DNA of 55,915 bases from an archaeon (GCA_018648095.1 JABGRV010000006.1:80559-136473); one strand, 5' to 3'; numbered from the stretch's first letter, positions 37,791 through 47,196 are shown. Notes: generated from the letters alone by a model not told the origin. Made by a program: numbers and translations.

Positions 37791-39781
37791 AGTTAAACAA
37801 AATTATAATTGAGAATTATCGGGGCTATTATGGTAAAAATGAGATCGAGTTTAATAATGGAGAAAAGGGAAAACATATAGATTTGATAATAGCACGTAAT
37901 GATACCGGAAAAACTACTTTTTTAAACGCTATCTATTGGTGTCTTTATGGTAAGGAACAATTCTATAATTCAAAAAATAGCAATCAAAGAGTTATGTCCA
38001 ATAAAAAGATTATTGAGACTCCAATTGGAGAAAAATTGAATTTTTCAGTCACACTAGTATTTAGTGATGATAAGGGTCCAAAGGTGGAGATAACTCGTCA
38101 GCGGATATTTAAGAGGGCCAGGGATGAAGATAACGATCTAAAAATTATTCAGGATGGAGAAGATAGATTTTTTGGAATGGAAATTAATAAGAAAGGAACG
38201 GGTTTTGAAAAGATTAATTACCTTGAGAACTTCATATCTTCCCAAATTCCTGAAGGGATAAGCCCTTTCTTTCTTTTAGATGGTGAACAGCTCAAAGCAA
38301 TATTTACTTCCGATATTAATTATAAAATAAAAGATGCCATTGAAAAAGTAGCTAACATAAAATCGATAAATGGTCTAATCGAAAATTTATCACGCTTAGA
38401 TCGCAATTATTCTAGTATGAAATCAGGTATAGATCCGAATTATGGGGCCATACAGGCAAGGATAGATAAGGCAGATGCCACCATCACAAAGACTAAGGCC
38501 GATTTAGAAGAATGGATGAAAGAAAAAGAATCATTAAAGAAACAAATCTCTGAACTTGATGATTATCTCCAGAACCACAATGAGACAGTAGTGAGGGAAC
38601 TAGGAGCAAGGGAACAAAATTTAAGGGGAACTATAGGGCGGGCAGATGAGGATCGTAAGGAATCCGAGGAAAAATTGAATAATATGGTAATCAAGGCCTA
38701 TATTCTAAAAATTGGGAAAAAGAGCCTTTTAGAAACAAGCGATAAGTTTAATGAGATCATTGAGGGGGGGAATTTTCCTCCTGCGGTAGATCCCTCACAT
38801 GTATTACAACTTATTAAGAGGAGAGAATGTATCTGTGGTACAAAAATATCAAAAAATTCTGAAGAAGAAGAAAAACTTAAGAAACTCGCAGATACCAAGA
38901 GTTTTAAAGAATATGTTAGAATAATCTCCCAAGGAGATGCCCAGCTCCCACAGATGATTGAATCTATAAAATCCCTTGTGGGCGATATATCGGTAGAAAG
39001 AAAGAAAGTGTATGGGCATGAGGCACTAATTAAAGATAGTAAAAAGGAGATAGATGAAATTACCTTAAAGTTAAAATCCTCCGACGTGGAAGAAATCCGT
39101 AATAAGGGAGAAGAAAAAGAAATGTTGGAAAGAGAAATTACTCGTAAGGAGGGAGATATCCATCGCGCAGAGGGAGATTTAGATGTTTTAAATATTTCTA
39201 AAAAAGATGATGCCTCTAAATTGAATAGCATAAAGATAAAAGAACTTAAAGATAAACTTCTCATCCAAAAATCAGAAAAATGTAAACAACTTATAACTTA
39301 CTCTAAGGAAATAAAAGAATCAATAATGAAAACTATAAAGGATAAAATAGAAGAATCTACTGCCAAAAACTTCGTAGATCTTCATTGGAAGGCAGAGGAT
39401 TATGAAAAGGTAAGTATCTTAGATGATTTTTCTCTTTCGGTAAGAGATAAATATCGTGGAGAGTTAATCAATGAACTTTCCCAGGGTGCAGCATTATGTT
39501 TTGGTCTTGCTTTTATGACCGCACTTAGGAATTATTCAGGATATGATGTCCCAGTAATAATCGATTCTCCGGTGGGAAAAATAGATGAGGGAAATAGAGA
39601 AAAGATTGCAAAGAGTTTACCTGAACAATTAAAGGGAAAGCAAGTAATCTTCTTAGTTACTAGCTCCGAATACACCTCAGTATTTAAGAAATTTCTTGAC
39701 GACAAAATTTCGACAAAAATTTCGTTAACTTATAATAAAAAAACTGGAGAAATAGACATAGACAATAATGGCAGCGATTGA
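37787..39781 (+). CDS. SMC-like ABC ATPase (AAA_23/DndD/SbcC-like)
   Basis: N-terminal Walker A ARNDTGKTTFLNAIYWCLYG. A long coiled-coil middle follows. C-terminal signature LSQGAALCFGLAF and D-loop VPVIIDSPVGKIDEGN. Confidence 0.7.
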   Translation: MKLNKIIIENYRGYYGKNEIEFNNGEKGKHIDLIIARNDTGKTTFLNAIYWCLYGKEQFYNSKNSNQRVMSNKKIIETPIGEKLNFSVTLVFSDDKGPKVEITRQRIFKRARDEDNDLKIIQDGEDRFFGMEINKKGTGFEKINYLENFISSQIPEGISPFFLLDGEQLKAIFTSDINYKIKDAIEKVANIKSINGLIENLSRLDRNYSSMKSGIDPNYGAIQARIDKADATITKTKADLEEWMKEKESLKKQISELDDYLQNHNETVVRELGAREQNLRGTIGRADEDRKESEEKLNNMVIKAYILKIGKKSLLETSDKFNEIIEGGNFPPAVDPSHVLQLIKRRECICGTKISKNSEEEEKLKKLADTKSFKEYVRIISQGDAQLPQMIESIKSLVGDISVERKKVYGHEALIKDSKKEIDEITLKLKSSDVEEIRNKGEEKEMLEREITRKEGDIHRAEGDLDVLNISKKDDASKLNSIKIKELKDKLLIQKSEKCKQLITYSKEIKESIMKTIKDKIEESTAKNFVDLHWKAEDYEKVSILDDFSLSVRDKYRGELINELSQGAALCFGLAFMTALRNYSGYDVPVIIDSPVGKIDEGNREKIAKSLPEQLKGKQVIFLVTSSEYTSVFKKFLDDKISTKISLTYNKKTGEIDIDNNGSD

Positions 39782-40181
39782 TGAATTCATAAGCAAATTA
39801 AATTATCTAAATATAGATAAAAAAAACAGAGAGATTTATAATAAGTTGAAAAGTTCTAGTATCTTTAAGGGAACTCGGGGAAATCCGGATCTTTTTTTAC
39901 TGAGTCTCGTTATTGGATTAAAGCATGGAAAAAGGAAAAAACTTCTTAATGGAGGAAATCTTTTTAGAATTAGTGAGCTCCAAGAAGATATTTGGACTCT
40001 TTTATCCATTGGTTTTTCAGAGTTAAAGGATATTGAAGTTTTTGAGACAAAGGAAGGTGCAAAAATGGCATTGAAAGTTTGCGAAGAATATGCTAACTCT
40101 GGAATAGAAATTCTTAATGATTTAGCAAAAAAGCCCTCGGAGTTTATTAATCATTTAATTGAAGAATTGTTAAAGAAATAA
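39768..40181 (+). CDS. hypothetical 137-aa protein, last gene of the five-gene operon
   Basis: It overlaps the ATPase stop by 14 nt. Confidence 0.4.
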   Translation: MAAIDEFISKLNYLNIDKKNREIYNKLKSSSIFKGTRGNPDLFLLSLVIGLKHGKRKKLLNGGNLFRISELQEDIWTLLSIGFSELKDIEVFETKEGAKMALKVCEEYANSGIEILNDLAKKPSEFINHLIEELLKK

Positions 40182-40337
40182 GAGTAAGGAATACTCCAGA
40201 GTTGTTGCGGGATTTGATAAAAAGAGGTAATACCGCTCGGGAGAGAATAGTTGAAAATTTAGGGTATGGAAAGTTCTAGGAAGAGGTAGTTACACATAAA
40301 ACAATCCATCAACCTCTCCATCCCCGACCAGCCTCTC

Positions 40338-40550
40338 TTAACCACTAATCCCTGCAGAAGCCTCCCGTAACCCACTCCCCCACCAATCATAAACTGTACC
40401 AACACTACTTCCACCACCATAACTACAACTATGAATTCCAGACCACCAACTATAATCTGCTGAACAGGCAGTAAAAACCCATATTGCCAACAAAATCACG
40501 ACGAGAAATGCTATCACAAAATATATGATCCAAAATGTACTACTTTTCAT
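40338..40550 (-). CDS. small membrane protein (70 aa)
   Basis: TM segment WIIYFVIAFLVVILLAIWVF, then a G/S/W-rich tail. Confidence 0.35.
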   Translation of the reverse strand: MKSSTFWIIYFVIAFLVVILLAIWVFTACSADYSWWSGIHSCSYGGGSSVGTVYDWWGSGLREASAGISG

Positions 40551-40554
40551 ATCT

Positions 40555-40640
40555 ATTTTAGGTACCTAGTCTATATAAACCTTTTGGTACCTAAGTCTTA
40601 ACTATATAATAGTATAGGTACCAAACTTTAAATATCTCCT
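40555..40640 (+). promoter_or_regulatory. triple GGTACC-plus-TATA-like repeat module upstream of the AbrB-like gene
   Basis: GGTACC at 40562, 40587 and 40618. Each is followed by TATATAA-like text. Confidence 0.35.
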
Positions 40641-40655
40641 AATCTTAATCAAATC

Positions 40656-40817
40656 ATGAAGATCCAGAAGCATTTGGGAAGAAAAATTGGCGATAAAATC
40701 TACTACAAGTACGTCGTAGTCATTCCAGACGAGATTTTAGAGGAATCTGGATTAAAAGCCGGCGATGAATTAGTGGCAGAAGCAGGAAAGAAGGAATTGA
40801 AGTTAAAGAAGAAATGA
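40656..40817 (+). CDS. unannotated 53-aa AbrB/SpoVT/MazE-like swapped-hairpin protein
   Basis: Manual translation MKIQKHLGRKIGDKIYYKYVVVIPDEILEESGLKAGDELVAEAGKKELKLKKK. The pattern (I/V)P.EI.E..GLK.GDEL is characteristic. Confidence 0.5.
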   Translation: MKIQKHLGRKIGDKIYYKYVVVIPDEILEESGLKAGDELVAEAGKKELKLKKK

Positions 40818-41044
40818 ACCTTACAATAGATAGCAGTGAGGGGGTTTAGCTATTTATTATCTTTCATTCTTAAACCACATAAGAAAAACACCAAATAAAA
40901 CAATTATTAATCCTGCCCAGAAGGAGGAGGTCGTTGAAAGCATAAAAACTCCAACAAAAATTAAGATAAGGCCAAAAATTTTAAGTATAAAATGGATTAG
41001 TTGATTCATAAAATAATTACTCAAATCAACTTTAAAAATTTAAC

Positions 41045-41329
41045 TCATCCACATAAATCTTCACAAGGGACACCATCACCATCACCATCCAACCAATGAA
41101 CATCATCCTTACAAGCAGTATAGATATTCATCGCTTCAAAACAGGAATCAAACTCCGCACAATCGTACATATCTACTGAGCAATTGGTATTACTATTATC
41201 ATTTTCAACATAACTCGTAAATAAAACAATCTGATAAGCCATAAAAACGAGAAAAAGAAGAATTAAAGTTGTTAATATTGGATGACTTCGGATCCATTCA
41301 ATCAAATTCCCTTTTCTTACCCCGTGCAA
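41045..41329 (-). CDS. small TM protein with a Cys/Asp-rich ectodomain (94 aa)
   Basis: ORF track. TM LTTLILLFLVFMAYQIVLF. Confidence 0.35.
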   Translation of the reverse strand: MHGVRKGNLIEWIRSHPILTTLILLFLVFMAYQIVLFTSYVENDNSNTNCSVDMYDCAEFDSCFEAMNIYTACKDDVHWLDGDGDGVPCEDLCG

Positions 41330-41356
41330 TTCCTTATGTTTTTCACGAGTAACTAT

Positions 41357-41578
41357 CTACAAATTATCAATTCGATTATTCAACTTATCTCCATCAATGT
41401 GGTGAATATTATATTCTGAGAAAGGCAATGGATATTTTTCCCTATTGGAATGATAAATGCCCTTCTCGGCAATTGTTTTGTGAACATATTTACCAGAATC
41501 TTTCCAAGCGTAATATCCATTCTTTTTGTAAACTTTCTTTATGAAATCTCTTTGTTTTTGGGTTGTTTCTTTATTCAT
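41357..41578 (-). CDS. small HNH-like protein (73 aa)
   Basis: YNIHHIDGDKLNNRIDNL is an HNH core. Confidence 0.4.
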   Translation of the reverse strand: MNKETTQKQRDFIKKVYKKNGYYAWKDSGKYVHKTIAEKGIYHSNREKYPLPFSEYNIHHIDGDKLNNRIDNL

Positions 41579-42018
41579 TTGAATTTTCCTTCTTTCATTT
41601 CTAAGAGAAATTTTTGAGTTAATAAATTAAGACTACTTTCAACTCCATCAACATCAACTCCCAAATCTAATTTATAAATTCCCTTTATATAACTCCCAAT
41701 AGCAAATATCCTCATTTTAGTTTTTTTTATTAGTCTTAATCTCCGCCATGTAGGAATTGCCCATATCATAGTTATTAATGCTCCCGAAATAATAATGGCT
41801 ATTGGATTTCCTTCAGTCCCCCCATATACAAATAATAAAATTGGTAAAAGAATGGCAATAAAAATCGATGAAGAAGTTAATAGTTTAGAAACCGCAATTT
41901 CGATATTTGCTTTTTGATATTCTGCCTTGTTTTTAAGAAACTCAATTTGTCTTAACGCTTCTTTCTCTGGCAGTTTCTCAAATATATTTCTATCTTTTTT
42001 CATAGAAGAACTATCCAA
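41575..42018 (-). CDS. membrane protein (147 aa)
   Basis: Two TM segments. Its stop overlaps the downstream start. Confidence 0.4.
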   Translation of the reverse strand: MDSSSMKKDRNIFEKLPEKEALRQIEFLKNKAEYQKANIEIAVSKLLTSSSIFIAILLPILLFVYGGTEGNPIAIIISGALITMIWAIPTWRRLRLIKKTKMRIFAIGSYIKGIYKLDLGVDVDGVESSLNLLTQKFLLEMKEGKFK

Positions 42019-42096
42019 CCAATACTTAAAAATCTAACCATCCCCGTCAATAATTCTTGAGGGAATCTATATAAGCCACCCAAACCTCATTTTTTC

Positions 42097-42921
42097 ATGA
42101 ACACAAACACCCCAACATCCCCAAATCCCCTAAACACAAACACCCCAACATCCCCAAATCCCCTAAACACAAACACCCCAACATCCCCAAAATCATCCCG
42201 CACAAACAACCCCTTAAACAAAAAAGAACGGGAAAACATCTTCGAGATATTCATAAAAAACAAAAAGATGAAGTTCACCGAGATCGAGAAGATGCTCGAC
42301 ATCAGATCTAACCTTCTGAATTATCATCTTAAGATAATGATTGAGGAAGGCTTGCTAGGAAAAGAAGAAGAAATGTACTGCCTTACGAAAGAAGGAGAGA
42401 AAATCATCCCATTCTATGCTCATTTGACAAACAAAGAGAAAGGTTCCCTAGTTATTTGTGCAGTTGCAATAAGACGTAGGGGAGAAATTTGCCTTCTAAA
42501 AAGAAACAAGAGACCTTATCAAGGATATTGGGGAATGATTGGAGGAAAAGTACGCCTAGAAGAATCAATTGAAGAAACTGCCGTTAGAGAAGCCCTTGAA
42601 GAAACAGGCCTAACATGCAAATTCAAGAAAGTAGCCTCAGTACTGCACGAAAGAGTCAAGGATTCTGGGACAGTTAAGCACAGTTTCATCATTTTTCTCT
42701 GCGAAGTCGAAGCAGAAACTGATGATTTAGTCGAAACTGAGGAAGGAGAAGTAAAATGGTTCCCAATAAACACCCTCCCAGAAAACATTATTCCCTCAGA
42801 TAGACTAATGATCGAAAAACTCCTCAAAACAAGAAAGTCAAATATAGGAAAAGTTATGATTGAAGAGGTAGAAGACGAACTAAAAAACTTGGAGTATGAA
42901 GAATATGGCAAAAGACTCTAA
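42097..42921 (+). CDS. winged-HTH (ArsR-like) plus NUDIX hydrolase fusion, with an N-terminal T/P/N-rich tandem repeat
   Basis: wHTH FTEIEKMLDIRSNLLNYHLKIMIEEGLL. Nudix box GGKVRLEESIEETAVREALEETGL. Confidence 0.65.
   Translation: MNTNTPTSPNPLNTNTPTSPNPLNTNTPTSPKSSRTNNPLNKKERENIFEIFIKNKKMKFTEIEKMLDIRSNLLNYHLKIMIEEGLLGKEEEMYCLTKEGEKIIPFYAHLTNKEKGSLVICAVAIRRRGEICLLKRNKRPYQGYWGMIGGKVRLEESIEETAVREALEETGLTCKFKKVASVLHERVKDSGTVKHSFIIFLCEVEAETDDLVETEEGEVKWFPINTLPENIIPSDRLMIEKLLKTRKSNIGKVMIEEVEDELKNLEYEEYGKRL
42100..42198 (+). repeat. 33-bp tandem repeat x3 (AACACAAACACCCCAACATCCCCAAATCCCCTA), coding NTNTPTSPNPL x3
   Basis: Copies 1 and 2 are identical and copy 3 is degenerate. The repeat lies at the 5' end of the wHTH-NUDIX ORF. 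Confidence 0.8.
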
Positions 42922-43696
42922 AAGACAAGGATATCAGCCAGGAAATACGACTGACAGGATTAAACACGCAGTCCTTTCTAGCCTTGTTAGAAATCTTGCC
43001 AGGCCAAACACAGATTTTGCCTATTGTGAACTACATTCAGGGGCAGGAGGATATAAGATGGAAAAAGACATGACTTATGAAGGTTCTTCAGTTAAAGCAT
43101 ATTCAGAACTAGTTAAATCGGGAGCAACACCCCATTTATTCCTCCACGAGATCAATCCCGCAACAAGAGGAGAGCTAGAAGAAACATGGAGAGGGAATAA
43201 AGCAGTGAAGGTTAGTGGAGATTGGAGAGATGACATAGACTTCTTTATCAAACACTATGCAGACCGAGATGCATTAGTCCTTTCAGATCCAACACATCTT
43301 AAAGATCACGTCCCAGTTCTGAATAAAACTGCAAAGATATTATCTGCCGGTGCATCAATGATGTTTTATCTCCCAGAGGGCGTTGGAGCTTGGTATACAA
43401 AAGACGGACGAGGAGATATAGAGTACAATGGGGGAATGATCGATCCAACCGATTTTGTAAGAGAAACCTGGAATGTAATCGATTCCTCAAAAACTCCTGA
43501 AAAGAAAACCATCGATATGATCTTCTCATCAAAAACAGGTGGAGCTGCAGCAAGATTAGAACATCTAATCCTCGTCACAGATCAAGAAACCCGAGATAGA
43601 GTTAGACAAGAGTTCAAAGATAAAAAAGAGCAATTAATTAATGAAGAACCTAAGGATAATTCCTTTCTGTCTCTGAGCACTTGTGTTTGTTTTTAG
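42905..43696 (+). CDS. RlmJ-like SAM-dependent rRNA methyltransferase (tentative)
   Basis: QPGNTTDRIKHAVLSSLV...ELHSGAGGYKM parallels the RlmJ N-terminus (H.GN.AD..KH..L ... DTHAG.G.Y). There is a D-P-x-H/Y motif LSDPTH. Confidence 0.4.
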   Translation: MAKDSKRQGYQPGNTTDRIKHAVLSSLVRNLARPNTDFAYCELHSGAGGYKMEKDMTYEGSSVKAYSELVKSGATPHLFLHEINPATRGELEETWRGNKAVKVSGDWRDDIDFFIKHYADRDALVLSDPTHLKDHVPVLNKTAKILSAGASMMFYLPEGVGAWYTKDGRGDIEYNGGMIDPTDFVRETWNVIDSSKTPEKKTIDMIFSSKTGGAAARLEHLILVTDQETRDRVRQEFKDKKEQLINEEPKDNSFLSLSTCVCF

Positions 43697-43754
43697 GGTT
43701 GTTTTACACAAGAGTAGATTTTTAAAGTTTGAATCTGTTTGATGTTTTAAGAGG

Positions 43755-44969
43755 TTGAGAATGAAAAAATCCCCATCACTAAACACCACACCCCAATCAC
43801 CAACACAAGCCAACATAAAAAAATTCTACTGGTTTAGTTTTCTTAAGGAATGGATCTTCTGGGTTCCAGTAGTTGTACTATTCTGGCAGGCGAATGGATT
43901 AAGCCTGACCGAAATCATGGTTTTACAATCATTATATGCGATATCTGTAGTTCTATTAGAAGTCCCAACAGGAGTTGTTGCAGATAAAGTTGGACGAAAA
44001 CAAAGTCTAGCTTTAGGAAGTATATTTGTGATATTCGGTTTTATAGCATACTTTTTGGGATATAATTTCTGGCAATTTTTTGGGGCAGAATTTTTACTTG
44101 CAGTCGGTACGGGTTTTATGTCCGGGGCAGATTCAGCATTTGTTTTTGATTCCTTAAAGCAAGATAAGAAAGAAAGTAATTTCAAGAGAGTATGGGGAAG
44201 TGCCAAGTCTTGGGGATATTTTGCCGCAGCAATAACTAGTATCCTTGGAGGATTCATAGCAACTTACAGCTTGAGACTAACCTGGCTACCAACAATTTTC
44301 GGAATGGTAATCTTATTCTTTGTAACTCTAAGCTTCACCGAGCCAAAACACTATAAGAAAGTCGCACAAACTCAATCATATCTTCAACATACTTGGGAAA
44401 GCATAAAGGAATCATTTACTAACAAAAATTTACTATTCCTTCTACTATTCTATTCTATTTTGACGCTTTTTGCTAGAGTAAGCCTATGGTTTTATCAGCC
44501 CTACATGAATGAATCCGGTTTACCTCTTGTTTACTTCGGAATTGTTTGGGCAAGTTTCAATATATTTGCGATCGGAGGAAGTAAATCTGCCAATAGATTA
44601 GAGGGATGGCTTGGCGAAAGAGGAAGTTTATGGTTTATGATAATTGCTATGTTCTTGAGTTTAATATTCATGAGTTATTGGTTTGCAATTTTCGGAATGG
44701 CCTTCATTTTCCTACAGCAATTCGTTAGAGGTTTTTCTCCACCAGTTCTACAAGATTATACTCATAAGCATTTAAGTTCTGAAAAGAGGGCAACACTATT
44801 ATCTGTTCAAAGTATGGTTGCGAACTTGCTCTTCGCAGTTCTCGCACCAGTATATGGTTTCCTTGCAGATAAATTTTCACTGAGCACCGCATTATTAATC
44901 GCAGGAATTAGTTGTCTTGCAGCATTTTCTGTTCTGATGTTATGGGGCCGGATGCGGGGGAGAAATTAA
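43755..44969 (+). CDS. MFS transporter
   Basis: About 12 TM segments. MFS signature GVVADKVGRKQSL between TM2 and TM3. Confidence 0.75.
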   Translation: MRMKKSPSLNTTPQSPTQANIKKFYWFSFLKEWIFWVPVVVLFWQANGLSLTEIMVLQSLYAISVVLLEVPTGVVADKVGRKQSLALGSIFVIFGFIAYFLGYNFWQFFGAEFLLAVGTGFMSGADSAFVFDSLKQDKKESNFKRVWGSAKSWGYFAAAITSILGGFIATYSLRLTWLPTIFGMVILFFVTLSFTEPKHYKKVAQTQSYLQHTWESIKESFTNKNLLFLLLFYSILTLFARVSLWFYQPYMNESGLPLVYFGIVWASFNIFAIGGSKSANRLEGWLGERGSLWFMIIAMFLSLIFMSYWFAIFGMAFIFLQQFVRGFSPPVLQDYTHKHLSSEKRATLLSVQSMVANLLFAVLAPVYGFLADKFSLSTALLIAGISCLAAFSVLMLWGRMRGRN

Positions 44970-45925
44970 TGTTAACTAAAACAGACCTCGCCTCAATCCT
45001 CTCCGCCTACGACCTCGGCACCTTCATCTCCCTAGGAAATATAGTAAAAAACGATCAAGTCTCCCTTGCCCAAATCATCCAAACAACCAAAGGCAAGATC
45101 TTCATGAAAGTATTACGGGAATTCACCACCGCAAACAAACAAGGCCTTGAAGTCATGCACCAATTACGCCAAAAGAACTTCCCCGTATTCTCAGTTCACA
45201 AAACAAAGAAAGGCAAACTTTACACAAAATACAAGGGAATGCCCATAGCCTTCTTCGAATACGTTAAGATCAAGGAAAACATGGAATGGATTCCACTAAA
45301 CAAAAGCAAGATAACAGAATACGCAAAATATCTAGCCAAATTCCACAGGCTAACAAAAAACATGAAACTTAAATCAGTAGATGCTGGAAACTTCAAAAGC
45401 ATCCGGGCACTGATCAAAAAATATTACAAGAAAAGGAGAATGTATTCTCCGAGATATCAAGCTGTTCTCGCATATCTGAATAATGAGATTGATGGACTTA
45501 AATGCCCTAAGAAAGAATACTCCACCGGATACTTCTCAGAGTTCAATCCTGGCCACGTCATCTTCTCAGGAAATAAGTTGAAATGGGTTCTCGATTGGGA
45601 AATCGGACACGATAATGCATTCTATGACTTTGCAAGCTCAATGGTTGCTTGCTTTTCCCTCAATAAACCGGATCTCTCCTATGAAAAGCTTAAGGAGTAC
45701 ATCAAAAGCTATGATAAAGTAAGGAAACTCAGCAAGTGGGAAAAAGATCATATTTACGAGGCACTAAAGTTCGGCTGTTTTAAGTATGGGGTCTGGGAAT
45801 TCGCAGATATTGAAACTGGCGGCATGAAGAAGGAGAAGGATCTTGACTTGGAAGGGATTAGACGAGTGGAGTTCTTTATGAGTATGGGAAGGAAAGAAGA
45901 ATTTTTGAAGGAGTTGAAAAAATGA
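44969..45925 (+). CDS. phosphotransferase-family kinase (APH/ChoK-like)
   Basis: FNPGHVIFSGNKLKWVLDWEIG is a Brenner/APH-like catalytic segment (H.D..N...IDWE). The start ATG overlaps the MFS stop (TAATG). Confidence 0.55.
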   Translation: MLTKTDLASILSAYDLGTFISLGNIVKNDQVSLAQIIQTTKGKIFMKVLREFTTANKQGLEVMHQLRQKNFPVFSVHKTKKGKLYTKYKGMPIAFFEYVKIKENMEWIPLNKSKITEYAKYLAKFHRLTKNMKLKSVDAGNFKSIRALIKKYYKKRRMYSPRYQAVLAYLNNEIDGLKCPKKEYSTGYFSEFNPGHVIFSGNKLKWVLDWEIGHDNAFYDFASSMVACFSLNKPDLSYEKLKEYIKSYDKVRKLSKWEKDHIYEALKFGCFKYGVWEFADIETGGMKKEKDLDLEGIRRVEFFMSMGRKEEFLKELKK

Positions 45926-46920
45926 AAATAAGAAAACTAAAGAATACAAAAAGGGGAACGGAAATTAATTATGCTACCCTCCCCATTGAAGAAGCAAGAG
46001 TCGTTAATGGAACTACATTAAGGGCCGATCTTGAAAGATTTTATGGTCCTTCCGCCAATTATAGTAAATTAGCTGAAGAAATTCGGGAAGTATCCCAACA
46101 TCCTGAAAGAACTCGGAAAAGGGAAGGAGTACCAATAGAGGATTCAAAAAGGAACCCTGAAGAAGATGGGAGAGATTACTTAACAATCAGAGTAATTGGT
46201 AAAAAATCTCCAAGGATAGTTTTAACTCCCACACCTTTTGTTCATGAAATTTGGTTTGGTCGGAAGGATGGTAAAAGTGTGGGTACGTCAAACAGATTTG
46301 GAACGCTTAAAGGGATTCTTAAAAAAGGATTTGATGCTTATGCTGATGATGGTAACGTTATATCAAAAAGAAACAAGGGACATCGTTTTAGTTGGGGTAA
46401 ATTCCTCCCAAACAAAGAAGAAGGAATAACAAATGGGGATTTTTACAGTATTGAGCTTTACTCGGATAAAGGGATTGATTCTGGAGATAAGTTCCTGGGT
46501 GAACCTGCATATTCCCTCCATAAATCAAAACCCGAGAGAATTTTATCTGTGAACATTGCCCTCAATCCAGATTCTACGGAAGCAGATAAAGAAAAAAAGA
46601 TGGAATTTTATAAAAAAGAGATAGCTGAAAATTATAACGTGCCTGCAAGATTTTTTGAATCAAATTGGGGAACAGATAAATTTGGAAGAAAAGTTTCTAG
46701 AATTGAAAAAAGGATTCATCCCAAAGAGATTTCACTAGAACAAAAGCTGACCCCTATTCTCGCTATTGGGGGACTTATTGCCGGAATTATTCTTATTTCT
46801 CCAAATATGACTGGGAATGCAATTGGAAATCTTACAAATTCAACTTCCAATATAATTGGCGGGGCTTTGTTTGTTGCAGGGATTGTGGGAAGTTTCCTTT
46901 GGTTTAAGAAAAGAAATTGA
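45922..46920 (+). CDS. hypothetical surface protein with a C-terminal TM-hairpin anchor (TGNAI module)
   Basis: C-terminus ILAIGGLIAGIILISPNMTGNAIGNLTNSTSNIIGGALFVAGIVGSFLWFKKRN. Confidence 0.45.
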   Translation: MKIRKLKNTKRGTEINYATLPIEEARVVNGTTLRADLERFYGPSANYSKLAEEIREVSQHPERTRKREGVPIEDSKRNPEEDGRDYLTIRVIGKKSPRIVLTPTPFVHEIWFGRKDGKSVGTSNRFGTLKGILKKGFDAYADDGNVISKRNKGHRFSWGKFLPNKEEGITNGDFYSIELYSDKGIDSGDKFLGEPAYSLHKSKPERILSVNIALNPDSTEADKEKKMEFYKKEIAENYNVPARFFESNWGTDKFGRKVSRIEKRIHPKEISLEQKLTPILAIGGLIAGIILISPNMTGNAIGNLTNSTSNIIGGALFVAGIVGSFLWFKKRN

Positions 46921-46977
46921 AAGTTGATGTTGAACAAGTTAAGGAAAGTTTAAAAGAACTTAATCCCATTAATTATA

Positions 46978-47196
46978 ATGGTAAAATGGAGATATGTTTT
47001 GGCGGGGATTATTTTATGGATAGCCATGCCATTCGCTTACAGAAATGATGCCATCAGGGGATTTCTTTATGACATATTCCGAGGATCAACGACTACTGCA
47101 ATGTATCTAATGGGAATAATCGGATTCGCTTTGATAATTGTGGGGTTCTTTATGAGTTCTAAGAAGACTGAAAAAGTTGTGAAAAATGCTAAATAA
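46978..47196 (+). CDS. small two-TM membrane protein (72 aa)
   Basis: ORF track. Confidence 0.35.
   Translation: MVKWRYVLAGIILWIAMPFAYRNDAIRGFLYDIFRGSTTTAMYLMGIIGFALIIVGFFMSSKKTEKVVKNAK

Noticed and set aside
42087-42302. 71-aa minus-strand ORF (GFGDVGVFVFR repeats)
   Set aside because: It is the antisense reading of the 33-bp tandem repeat. Its periodicity just mirrors the repeat. The plus-strand wHTH-NUDIX gene explains the region.
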